Assembly (NCBI GenBank): GCA_965178125.1
Contig: OZ237759.1
Coordinates: 917,085-937,084, forward strand
DNA from: Bilabrum cf. latius
Lineage: Eukaryota
Direction of reading: 5' to 3'
Length of the DNA: 20,000 bases
Under the pieces are notes generated by a model. The model saw only the letters and a program-made list of their open reading frames with translations. It was not told where the DNA came from and did not search any database. Made by a program: the position numbers and the translations under genes. Shown here piece after piece: positions 1 through 10,586 of the stretch; the first letter of the stretch is position 1, and each line of letters begins with the position of its first letter.

Positions 1-1797
1 GCCCACTCGCATCGTGCCGCCGTACTGGCAAACCCTTTCCCGAGTCGGTTTGCGGCTGTATCTGCTGCTGGTGGTGGTTCTGCTGCCGCAGCAGGCCCTA
101 GCCCGTCTTCACGCGGAATGTCGTCGTCTCTGCTGTCGAGCTATGAGCGGCTGTCCCAAGCCGTGTCAGTCGACCCAATTCTTGGCCCCATTGACATTGC
201 CCGGGCTCGCCGCGCAACGATGGCAAGCCTTTCATGCTTGCAGTCCTCGGATAACCAGGCCGTCAGCCCGGCAAAAGTGCCAACGGACGCCCAGATCCTG
301 CTTGAGTTTTTAGCCATGGACGTGCCAACTGCATGCGGGTGGACCTGGTGCGAGAGCAGTGACGCTTCTAGTGGATTGGCGCGCCCAACCATACCCTTGG
401 CGAGATGCCCGAAGAGCATTGGCATTTGCCAGCCCACCCGCTTGTCGGACAAACCCATGCTCGATGACTCCTACCACGAGCAAGAGCTGCTCGGGTCAGT
501 GGCAGGTGCACGGCTCTTGGAGATAGAGGGTCGGCTTCGGCGGGTGTCGCTGGCACGCTGCTTGCAGACGAATGCACTGATCAACGGAGCGCCTCTTGCT
601 CCGTCGTTGGCCGCCACAGGGCTGTTGTCCGACTAGGCTGCTGCCGACGTGTTCGGGGGAACTGCCTCTCGTCCAAGCGGGGGTGCATCATGCACGGGGC
701 TGCCACTTGCATCTAAATTTCGAGACCCTGGCTGGCAGTCCATCGTGCAGGTGACTTGGCCCGTCCTCGAGGTGCGAGTACACCAGCACAACGAGTGGGC
801 TGCGGCCCACGAGGCACTGGCAGCCCGCCAGGGCAGCCTGCTCTTGTTTCACGGCACCTCACTGGAGGCCGCCCACTCTGTTATGCAGAATGGGCTGCGG
901 AGCATGAGCGGGACAGCGCACGAGAAAACCGGGGCCGTGCACGGGGACGGCATATACCTGGCTGCACGCCCCCTCATTGCGCTACAGTATGCGAGAGGGC
1001 CGGGCATAGATACAATGGCAAGCATAGAATCAGCATCGACAAGCGATGGCTTGCCTGCGAGGGATTCTACCCGGAAGCGCTGCACTACCTGGGGTCCCCA
1101 TGCATACAGCAGCACAGCTGTTGGTGCTGCACTGGGCGGGGCACCACAAGCAGCAAGTGCACCAAGGGAAGGCTCGTCCCATGGGCCGGCCTCTGGGCGT
1201 GATTCGCTACTACAGAGCCGATGGATGCGCTGCGTATTCGCAGTAGAGGTCGTGCCGGGCACCACGTTGGGATCGGGCGCGCCGCTACACCAAGTGGCCG
1301 GGGAGTCCTCCGCACAGACACAGCTGCCAGGCCTCAAGGCGCCAGACAGGTGTGTACTCGGGACATCAGGTGGTGTGTACGTTCTCAAGGAGCCCCGCCG
1401 TGCGAGAGTCACGCATCTGCTGGTGTTCCACGGCGGCGAGGCGGATGGACCACGGGCCATGACGCACACACAGGTGCGGCAGGTACCGGTAAAATTGCAA
1501 TTTTACCGGTTCGCGGCGACTTAGATAGCAAGCCATGCTGAGCACAAGGATTGTAATGTCGCCACAACCACAGTGGACGTGGTTCAACGCACTAGGGTGC
1601 CAAGAAAGCAGGGCAAGCGGGAGCAAAATGGAGCTCGAAGTGGCAAGCCATCAATGGGTGTTGCAGCCTCAAGCAGACAATACACTGTGGGCCAAGGCAT
1701 AAGTGCCGCTGTGTAGGATCTCGGTATGGACCCTATCAGTGCTGTGGCTATCACAATTGCTATCCTCGCCCTGGCGTTGGTATGGCTTGGTATTTGA
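1..1797 (+). CDS. PARP16-like (PARP6/8/16 clade) mono-ADP-ribosyltransferase with C-terminal tail anchor; 5'-partial; reads through TAG at 634, 1522 and 1714
   Basis: Frame 1 is open from base 1 to TGA 1795-1797 except for three TAGs. Catalytic motifs LFHGTSLEAAHSVMQNGL and HGDGIYLA...ALQYA are present. N-terminal AHSHRAAVLANPFPSRF resembles the PARP16 SYKRDSVLRPFP segment as I recall it. Read-through yields a C-terminal hydrophobic helix (PISAVAITIAILALALVWLGI*), like tail-anchored PARP16. Confidence 0.8.
1485..1510. repeat. Perfect 26-bp palindrome ACCGGTAAAATTGCAATTTTACCGGT
   Basis: The sequence equals its own reverse complement. It lies within a possible 42-nt GT..AG segment (1483-1524). 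Confidence 0.95.
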
Positions 1798-2349
1798 TAC
1801 CAAATTAAATGCATTTCCGCCCACCTGCCACGGCCATAAACTTGCTTATATTGCTATAAGTGTGATTCCTGTGTTTGGTCGTGAAGCACGGCGGGTGAAC
1901 CTAGAGTGCTACCAAAGCCAGATCGGTTGGTTCAACGCCGAACTTATTAAAGTCATGATTCAGATTAAGCGGACATCCAGCATGGCCATGCAAACCGCAT
2001 CCTCGTACGAGTGATCGCCACCTTTGTGACGGGCATTTGCAATATGATATTTTTAGTAAACAATCAGCACGTCACAATGCTATGCACGGTCGATCAGCAC
2101 ATACGGGCATACACACCCCATAGACCAACCGGGGGTTATATACAGTGTGAGATACGGTATCATGACAGAGTTTGGCTTATTGGTTCAGCCGTTTGTGTCG
2201 CGGAATCGCTACGCTGTCCTGATATTGCGTTTGAGATGACCCCGACGTGCTCGTTCAATTTGCTTGCCATCCGTACCGTTGTGCGTAGACAAGCGCTCGT
2301 ACTGCCGATATATTTCATAATGTCTATTGTTTTCCGCAGAGCAAGCACA

Positions 2350-5300
2350 ATGGCTGATCCCTCGAACTAGTTGCGAAAGCAGCGACAAATGGCTGCCATC
2401 GCTGTTGAATCCAAGGATGCCGAAGAACGCAAAGAAGACGCAATGCTCCCTAGCGAACGGCCAGATGATTGGAAAGAAGATGAAAACATGGTGAGATCCT
2501 CAGGCGACTCCCGTAGTTATGTTTGTTTTCTATTTTGTTGCGTGACGGCCACGTTCGTGTTCTTGTGGCCACGTCGAAATCGCAGGCAGAGGAAGACCGG
2601 CTGCTGAAAGAGCGGCTTGAGACTGCGCTTGATGTGCTTCTGGATGCGGGCGCATCTATTCCCCTGCGGACTGCTGCGCTTCGCATACTCAGATCGGAGG
2701 TCAGGTCCTCCACCTCAAGCATGACGGCAGTGCCGAAGCCTTTGAAGTACTTGGCCCCATTTTACGAGCGAATTAAGTCCAGCTTCCTATCAATCGATGG
2801 CCCTCGACTTGGTGAGCACAGCTTCGCGCTAGGCAGCGACGAGGACCCCGTAGCGGCAGCAAAGCAGGCAGCTCTGGTCGTTGATGGCGAGGCTTGGGAG
2901 CCCGGGTCCTCCAAGGCCGAATCGGGGGGTCAGGCTGCATCGGGGACAGGTGCCGATGCCTCTAGTGATGAAAAGAAGGGGTCATCCAAGTCTGGCCCCG
3001 GCAAGAAGGCGCCCAAGGGGGCAGCCTCGGTGCAGGAGGCCCTCAAGGAGCCCATTGAGGGCGTCACCGAGACGCAGTTCCGTAGGTCCTTCGCTGACCT
3101 GCTGTCCGTCCTGGCCATGGTGGGTGGGCGGGAAAACAGAGAGTGTCTGCGGTTCAAGATGCTCGGTCACCCCGCGGACGTGGGTCACTGGGGCCACGAG
3201 CACACCCGTGCGCTGGCCGGGGAGATCGCGCATGAGTACCAGGACAGGCTGCAGAAAGCCGAGCAGCAGATGGAGGACGGGGGGGGTGAAGTACCCTCGG
3301 ACATCGATGTGTCCAGCCTGGTGGACGCCAGCGACCTGCTGTCCCTCGCAGCCCGCATCGTGCCGTACAACATGGCGCACAATGCCGAGGCTGAGGCTGT
3401 GGACCTGCTCCTCGAGACGGGGCGGCTCAAGACCCTGCCCTCTTCCGGTTTCATCGACAAGCGGAACGTTGCTAGGGTGTGTTTGTACCTAGTGCGGTGC
3501 GCTGACTATACCGGTGACGAGGAGGAGCGCATCGAGATCCTCTCGGTGGCATATGCCCTTTACCTGCAGTAGGCCAGGCACGCAGATGCCATGCGAGTCG
3601 CCCTGCGCATGGCCGACAAGGGCCGGGTGCTGCGCGCATTCCGGGCGTGCCGGGACAAGGGCGTTCGTCTTCAACTCGGCTTTCTGCTCGGCCAGCACGG
3701 CTTCCGTGCCGTCGGCCACGGCGCGGACGAGGACGAGGACGACGTGGAGGAGCCGGACATCGGTGTCATCGGCGAGGGCGACGATGAGCTGGGCGGCAAG
3801 GGCTCTGCGCAAGCCAGGATGTCTGACCAAGGAGAACCCCCGGCAGCGGTGCCGCTGACCATCTCGCTGAGCAAGACGGAGAGCCTGACCTTCGGTGCAG
3901 GCGTGCTGGACGACGAGCAGGCAGGCGAGCTGGAGGACGACGTGAAGGACGCTATCGGGAACTGCATGCGGCACAAGCACTACCGGGCGCTGGCACAAGA
4001 GATGGGCGTCGACGAGCCAAAGAGCTCGGAGCAGGTGTACAAGACAAAACTTACGGATGAGTCGCGCCTTGCCACCCGAGGCAGGGAGGAACAGGTGCGC
4101 CTGGACAGCGCCCGCGGCAATCTGGCTGCTTCCTACGTGAGCGGGTTCGTGAATCTTTCTCTGGGTAAGGACAAGGTCATCACGCAGAAGGACGAGCACG
4201 GGCGCGAGTGGTGGCAGAGACAGAAGGGCAACGGCATGTCTGCAGCTGCCGCTGGGCACGCGCTGCTGCACCTGTGGGACTACGAGGCCTTGAACGAGGC
4301 CGAGCGGTTCACCAATGCCACCGATGCAGAGGTGCGAGCTGGAGGCGTGCTGGGCTACGGCATCATCCCTTGCTCCATCGCGAGCGAGGATGACGCCAGC
4401 ATCGGGATGCTCGATGAGTACATCGCTGGCGAAGCAGCGGCTGGGAAGAGCCACGCCGAACGATGCGCTGCCCTGCAAGCTCTCGGTCTCGCGTATGCTG
4501 GCACCGGCAGGATGGATGTCGCAGAGATGCTTATCCCATACGTAGAAGACCTTGGCCCCGACATGAAGAACAAGCTAGATTGCGATCTGGTCTGCAACGC
4601 GGCCTTCTCCCTGGGCATGGTGATGGCAGGCACCGCTGACGAGGACGCCACCATTGCACTGCAATCCATCCTGGTAGAGCCCCCGGAGCCGCTGCTGGAG
4701 CACCCTCTCCGGAGGCACCTGGCTGTTGCGCTCGGGTTGGTGTACATGCAGCGAGGAGTAGCGGCCGAGGACGCGCTGGAGATCATGGCTGCCGCTGGAG
4801 AGGAGTCCCCGCTCGGACGCGAGGCTGCACTGCTTCTCCGAGCCTGTGCATTTGCGGGCACCGGCGATGTCCTCCAGGTGCAGCGCATGCTGCATGCTTG
4901 CGCCGAGCACCCCATGAAGGATCGGCTTGCAGCCGTGGCGAAGATGAAGAAGGAGCGCAAGGAGAACCAGGCCGAGCAACAGGCTAGGCAAGCGCAGCGG
5001 GGCGCAAGTTCAGGGGCTGGTGCCGCTGCAGGGGGTGCCGCCGGTGGCGGGCAGGATGACGACGATGAGGAGATGCAGCGTGAGGAGGAGAAGGCTGCAG
5101 ACCCAGCGAAGTATGCATTCTAGACGGTGGCTGCCCTTTGCCTGGGTGTCATTACGATGGGGGAGGGGCTCGGCACTCAGATGCTTGGACGGGTGGTGGA
5201 TCACCTGCTTCAGTACGGCGATCCTGCGGTCAGGAGGGGCGTCCCTCTTGCTCTCGCCATGGCGTATGCTTCCAATGCGGACTACGGCGTGATCGACACG

Positions 5301-6035
5301 CTCTCCAAGCTGTCCCATGACGGCGATGCAGGCACGGCACGGAATGCAGTCCTCGCCATGGGCATCATTGGAGCAGGCACCAACAACAGCAGGCTGGCCG
5401 GCATGCTGCGGCAATTGTCTGTCTTCAACAAGCAAGATGGAGAGTCGCTTTTCATCGTCCGGCTGGCGCAGGGGCTGCTGGCCATGGGACAGGGCCTCGT
5501 CACCGTGAACCCATTCCACAGCGACGGCATGCTGCTCAAGACGCCGGCAGCTGGTGCGCTGCTAGCTGTGGCCCTTTGCGGGCTGGATCTGGACCGTACC
5601 GTGTTGGCGCAGCACCACCTGCAGCTGTTCAACATTGTCCCGGCCATCTCTCCCAGGATGGTGGTGACCCTGGACGCCAGAGATGCCGACGAGATGGTGC
5701 GCGTGGATGTGCGTGTTGGTACTGCGGTGGAGACTGTGGGGCAGGCGGGCCGCCCCAAGACAATCACTGGGTTCCAGACCCACCAGACCCCAGTGCTCCT
5801 GGCTGCCAAGGACCGCGCCGAGATCGCCCCCACAGACCAGTGGGTGCCCCTCACCTCAACGCTGGAAGGTGTGGTGCTGCTGAGGCGGGTAGAGGACGCG
5901 TCCATGGATGACGCGGTGAGGGCAGCTGGCGTGGGTGAAGTGGATGAGGACCAGCGGAAGGCGGTGGAGAACAAGGGTAGCCCCAAGCCGAAGCGGAAGG
6001 CTAGTGTGGCTACTGGTACCGATCCGTACGACTGA
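2350..6035 (+). CDS. RPN1: 26S proteasome regulatory subunit RPN1/PSMD2, join(2350..2490,2586..6035), about 1196 aa; TAG read as sense at 3570 and 5121 (and 2368 if the first ATG is used; alternative start 2389)
   Basis: ORFs 2523-3572, 3591-5123 and 5127-6035 share one frame and are separated only by TAG. RPN1 motifs occur throughout: SMTAVPKPLKYL, WGHEHTRALAGEIA, PYNMAHNAEAEAVDLLLE, GAGTNNSRLAGMLRQL, VRVGTAVETVGQAGRPKTITGFQTHQTPVLL. Ends TGA 6033-6035. Confidence 0.95.
2491..2585 (+). other. Spliceosomal intron (95 nt, phase 0) in RPN1
   Basis: ATG|GTGAGA donor, T-rich interior and CGCAG| acceptor. Splicing joins ...EDENM to AEEDRLLKERLE, matching the ELSEEDKQL-type N-terminal motif of RPN1. 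Confidence 0.85.
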
Positions 6036-6430
6036 GTCTATGTGATGACTTGCTGCTATGCCACATAGATCTAGCCCTACATCCAAATATTATTTTTTTT
6101 TATCGCGGGTATCGGTTGTTAATGGATCAATGCAGCGTTTCACGTGGAACTTACGTAGATGGAGAGAGGGTAGGCCGAGGCCGAAAAAGAATCCGGATCT
6201 ACGAAGATCTTAAAGTTAAATAGCCTGAGGCCCGAGAACAGCCCGCGTTTTGCATGCCACTAGGTCCAGAATATCTGGTTAAGGTCATATGCATGGAGAG
6301 CTAAGAACAGCAGTATGACAAAAGTACAAACATCCACATCAGGATTATGGGCGGCTGCTGCAGACTAAAATCCTTATGTCGACTTGGACAATCAGATTAT
6401 ATCGCATTTCAGATTTGAATCTCCATTCAT

Positions 6431-6640
6431 GTCCCTATCCATGGCCCTCTCGTCCGATCCACCAAACACCACACTGGCTGGCCCCATCCATAGCCTCTTC
6501 CACGTCCCAATCCATGGCCCTCTCGTCCGATCCACCAAACACCACACTGGCTGGCCCCATCCATAGCCTCTTCCACGTCCCCATCCATGCCCCTCTCGTC
6601 CGATCCACCAAACACCACACTGGCTGGCCCCATCCATAGC
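6431..6640. repeat. 73-bp telomere-adjacent tandem repeat, about 2.9 copies
   Basis: TCCATG(G/C)CCCTCTCGTCCGATCCACCAAACACCACACTGGCTGGCCCCATCCATAGC recurs at 6438, 6511 and 6584 (period 73). The third copy is truncated just before the telomeric tract. Confidence 0.95.
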
Positions 6641-6643
6641 TAC

Positions 6644-7186
6644 GGGTTAGGGTTAGGGTTAGGGTTAGGGTTAGGGTTAGGGTTAGGGTTAGGGTTAGGG
6701 TTAGGGTTAGGGTTAGGGTTAGGGTTAGGGTTAGGGTTAGGGTTAGGGTTAGGGTTAGGGTTAGGGTTAGGGTTAGGGTTAGGGTTAGGGTTAGGGTTAG
6801 GGTTAGGGTTAGGGTTAGGGTTAGGGTTAGGGTTAGGGTTAGGGTTAGGGTTAGGGTTAGGGTTAGGGTTAGGGTTAGGGTTAGGGTTAGGGTTAGGGTT
6901 AGGGTTAGGGTTAGGGTTAGGGTTAGGGTTAGGGTTAGGGTTAGGGTTAGGGTTAGGGTTAGGGTTAGGGTTAGGGTTAGGGTTAGGGTTAGGGTTAGGG
7001 TTAGGGTTAGGGTTAGGGTTAGGGTTAGGGTTAGGGTTAGGGTTAGGGTTAGGGTTAGGGTTAGGGTTAGGGTTAGGGTTAGGGTTAGGGTTAGGGTTAG
7101 GGTTAGGGTTAGGGTTAGGGTTAGGGTTAGGGTTAGGGTTAGGGTTAGGGTTAGGGTTAGGGTTAGGGTTAGGGTTAGGGTTAGGG
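6644..7186 (+). repeat. Telomeric repeat tract (TTAGGG)90, internal in this window
   Basis: Uninterrupted TTAGGG from 6647 to 7186 (540 bp). The G-rich strand is +, the orientation of a right-hand chromosome end. Confidence 0.99.
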
Positions 7187-7246
7187 TATCTAATATAAAG
7201 TCAGGGACAGGGTCGGGGAAAAAATATTTTCATCTTCAATATTTGT

Positions 7247-8477
7247 CGAAAAACGACGTGCTACGATCTCGGTAACTACAGGTGATATGAAGACCGTTCA
7301 AACTGCATCGGGACGGCCTGGGGGCACAACATGGGCCAAATGTTCCCCAGGTTCCGTTCTGGCCGCGCGGCGCCGATATGGGTGTATGAAGAATTTCACA
7401 CCGAAAAACGACGTGCTACGATCTCGGCAACTACAGGTGATATGAAGACCGTTCAAACTGCATCGGGACGGCCTGGGGGCACAACATGGGCCAAATGTTC
7501 CCCAGGTTCCGTTCTGGCCGCGCGGCGCCGATATGGGTGTATGAAGAATTTCACACCGAAAAACGACGTGCTACGATCTCGGCAACTACAGGTGATATGA
7601 AGACCGTTCAAACTGCATCGGGACGGCCTGGGGGCACAACATGGGCCAAATGTTCCCCAGGTTCCGTTCTGGCCGCGCGGCGCCGATATGGGTGTATGAA
7701 GAATTTCACACCGAAAAACGACGTGCTACGATCTCGGCAACTACAGGTGATATGAAGACCGTTCAAACTGCATCGGGACGGCCTGGGGGCACAACATGGG
7801 CCAAATGTTCCCCAGGTTCCGTTCTGGCCGCGCGGCGCCGATATGGGTGTATGAAGAATTTCACACCGAAAAACGACGTGCTACGATCTCGGCAACTACA
7901 GGTGATATGAAGACCGTTCAAACTGCATCGGGACGGCCTGGGGGCACAACATGGGCCAAATGTTCCCCAGGTTCCGTTCTGGCCGCGCGGCGCCGATATG
8001 GGTGTATGAAGAATTTCACACCGAAAAACGACGTGCTACGATCTCGGCAACTACAGGTGATATGAAGACCGTTCAAACTGCATCGGGACGGCCTGGGGGC
8101 ACAACATGGGCCAAATGTTCCCCAGGTTCCGTTCTGGCCGCGCGGCGCCGATATGGGTGTATGAAGAATTTCACACCGAAAAACGACGTGCTACGATCTC
8201 GGCAACTACAGGTGATATGAAGACCGTTCAAACTGCATCGGGACGGCCTGGGGGCACAACATGGGCCAAATGTTCCCCAGGTTCCGTTCTGGCCGCGCGG
8301 CGCCGATATGGGTGTATGAAGAATTTCACACCGAAAAACGACGTGCTACGATCTCGGCAACTACAGGTGATATGAAGACCGTTCAAACTGCATCGGGACG
8401 GCCTGGGAGCACAACATGGGCCAAATGTTCCCCAGGTTCCGTTCTGGCCGCGCGGCGCCGATATGGGTGTATGAAGA
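7247..8477. repeat. 155-bp tandem satellite, about 7.9 near-identical copies
   Basis: The unit starts CGAAAAACGACGTGCTACGATCTCGG at 7247, 7402, ... 8332. Identical 89-aa ORFs recur every 155 bp. I noticed single substitutions only in the first copy (GGTAACT) and the last (CCTGGGAGC). Confidence 0.98.
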
Positions 8478-8729
8478 TTTGCATGTTTATTCAATATGCA
8501 TGGTTTATCTGTCAATTGTAGAATGGGTATGGTGTACATGACAGTTGTATTTGCTGTGTGGATTGCTTTGATCTAAGGTATTAACTGGTTGACACGTCAA
8601 GACTCAACAGAATGCCTCCCGGCTCCTAATGCTGCGTCCGAATGGGTCAATGGCAGACACTTTGGCAAACTCCTCTCACAAGCTGGCCCAGCTGCCACTG
8701 ACCTCAATTGCCGTCCCCCTGCCTGCCTC

Positions 8730-10268
8730 TCACTCGTCACCGAAAGCTGCTAGGAGCGCTTCCACAGCGTCGACGTCTGCCGCATTGAGATCTCCTTTCG
8801 CCGTCTTCTCGAGGGCCGTCATCAGGTTTGCGAACATTTCCAACTCGCGGTCCCTCTCTTCAATTGTTGCCTCCACGTCCTCGCGCATGTCTTTGAGAGT
8901 CCGGCTGACGCCCATCGCGCTGTCATCGCAGGCAGCAAGGATGCGGTCCACCAGGTGCCGCTGCTAGTCGGTGAAGGCGGTGTCCTCCATTCCACTGTTG
9001 TTGTCAGAGTCGTCTTGCTGGTTCTGGCCGTCGTTTTCTTCTTCCTCAACCAGCTGCTCCTCATCCTCCTCGTCCTGCTGCTCAAACCCCATTGGAGCGT
9101 CGTCCTCGTCCTGCTCTCCAGCTGCGTCTGCGCGGTACCGACCACCGATGTCCTCTTCATCTTCGTCAGAGTCCTGACGAGGCAGTGATGCTGCTGCTCC
9201 ACTCCTTGCGCCACTTGCTCCCCTTTTCTCCTGTTCAACGGCGCGGCGTGCTCCTCTGCCATTGCCTGGTTGGACGACTGCCGGTCGCTCGGGCTGCCTC
9301 TATGCCCGCGGCTCAGCCTCAGCCGCCTTCTTGCCCTTTGACTCTGCCGGTTGTGCACCCTTGCCCTTCGCCTTGCCCTTCGACTTGCCCTTCGACTTGC
9401 CCTTCGACTTGCCCGCGGCCTTGGTCCTGGCCTTTGCCTTGGCCTTTGCCTTGGCCTTTCTCTCGGCCTCCGCCTCTCGCTTGGCTCTGAGAAGATCGTT
9501 GTTCAGTCGCTCGGTCGATGAGTCGCTGGACTCTGAGCCGTCTGTATCCGGCTCACCCCGTGCTTTCCGGGCCGTGTAGGCCCTCTGGCCCTTCACATTG
9601 TTGTCGGGGTTGTCCTCGTCCTCATCGTCGTCGTCGTCCATGGCACTCCGTTTGCCCTTCCGAGCACGGGATGCCCCACTCGGCGAGGTAGCAGCGGCTC
9701 CCGAAGAGCCACCTTGATCTCCTGCTGCAGCCCCGGCAGAGTCCTTGACTGCCATGTCGAACACCTCTATGAATACAGCCTCCATGCCTCCGCGTGCACG
9801 TACAGAGGCCGTCCCAGCTCCATTATCGCAGATGAACTTGAGCACGTTCTTGAAGCGCCTGCGCAAGCCGTCTAAGCCTGCCTTGAAGAATGGGTTTGTG
9901 GTGGTGGAGTAGCCACACTCGCGCAGAGCCGTGAGAAGCTGCTTCATCTTCCGAAAGCCTGGCCAGTCGGAGCTGCTGGCTGACGCGTCTGGGCACAGGC
10001 GGCTGTTCAGCGCTGTGAGCACGCCAAATGGCACCTCAAACTCATCCAGCGCCAGCATGGCATCCACGCAGGCCCTGATGCCCTCCCTCTTGGTCCCTTC
10101 GTAGTGCTCCGAAGATCCGCAGAGCAGCCCGCAATCCTGGTGGAGGCCCACGAGGGAGATAAGCAGGATCTGCTTGGCCGCGGAAGTGTCGACGCCTGAA
10201 GCCAGGGAGGCCACGACAGGGCGAGATGCCTTGGTGTGCTTGGCGCTGTAGCTCTTTGCGGCGGCCAT
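8730..10268 (-). CDS. Hypothetical protein, about 512 aa (TAG read as sense at 9300-9302 and 8964-8966): N-terminal globular region, Lys/Ala/Gly-rich basic repeats, acidic tracts, C-terminal helical segment
   Basis: ORFs 9300-10415 and 8730-8951 share a frame. The sequence between them is open apart from the two TAGs and encodes a D/E/Q-rich segment. The likely start is ATG 10268 (MAAAKSYSAK) and the end is TGA 8732-8730. Confidence 0.75.
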
Positions 10269-10506
10269 AGTACTCTGCGGTGCCAGGGGAACACGGGTGA
10301 GGTCACGAACAGGTGCTTGGATGCGACAGGGAACACGGGCACGAGACCCAGGGTTACTCCTGGACAAGCTCGAGGGCAAAAAAAAAAAAAAAGGCACCCA
10401 CATAACCCCGCGCACTCGGTCTCAGACCTGGGACCCATGATGTTGGGTCGATCCCCCAGTCGTGGGGGGAACGGACCCCAGCCCAGAAAAAAAATTAAAA
10501 AAAGAT

Positions 10507-10586
10507 CGCCCCAACGGGAATCGAACCTCGGGGGTAGGCCGGGGTGCGATTACCAACCGTACGCAATACCACTACACCACCACAGC
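10507..10586 (-). ncRNA. tRNA-like / Pol III type-2 element (degenerate tRNA, possible GGT anticodon loop) followed by oligo-T
   Basis: The minus strand reads GCTGTGG-TGGTGTAGTGGTA...TTGGTAA...GAGGTTCGATTCCCG-TTGGGGCG. A box TGGTGTAGTGG (10579-10569), B box GGTTCGATTCC (10527-10517), T7 run just downstream. The stems pair poorly, so it is probably not a canonical tRNA. Confidence 0.55.

Noticed and set aside
2281-2339. Possible 5'-UTR intron upstream of RPN1 (GTGCGT...TTTTCCGCAG)
   Set aside because: The splice-like signals are plausible but there is no independent support without transcripts.
1798-2349. Short ORFs between PARP and RPN1
   Set aside because: Lower-GC intergenic sequence with non-ATG starts and no recognisable protein features.
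2523-6035. RPN1 as a pseudogene or three separate genes
   Set aside because: Same frame throughout, only TAG interruptions, motifs intact, and one TAG at a Gln-equivalent position.
6587-7198. 203-aa Gly-Leu repeat ORF
   Set aside because: It is simply the translation of the telomeric repeat.
7247-8477. CRISPR array or repeated 89-aa genes
   Set aside because: The units are identical with no unique spacers, the context is eukaryotic, and the ORFs are overlapping artefacts of a 155-bp period.
10507-10586. The UAG-decoding tRNA (CUA anticodon)
   Set aside because: The best-positioned loop reads TTGGTAA, the only CTA lies in the variable region without an anticodon stem, and the stems are degenerate.
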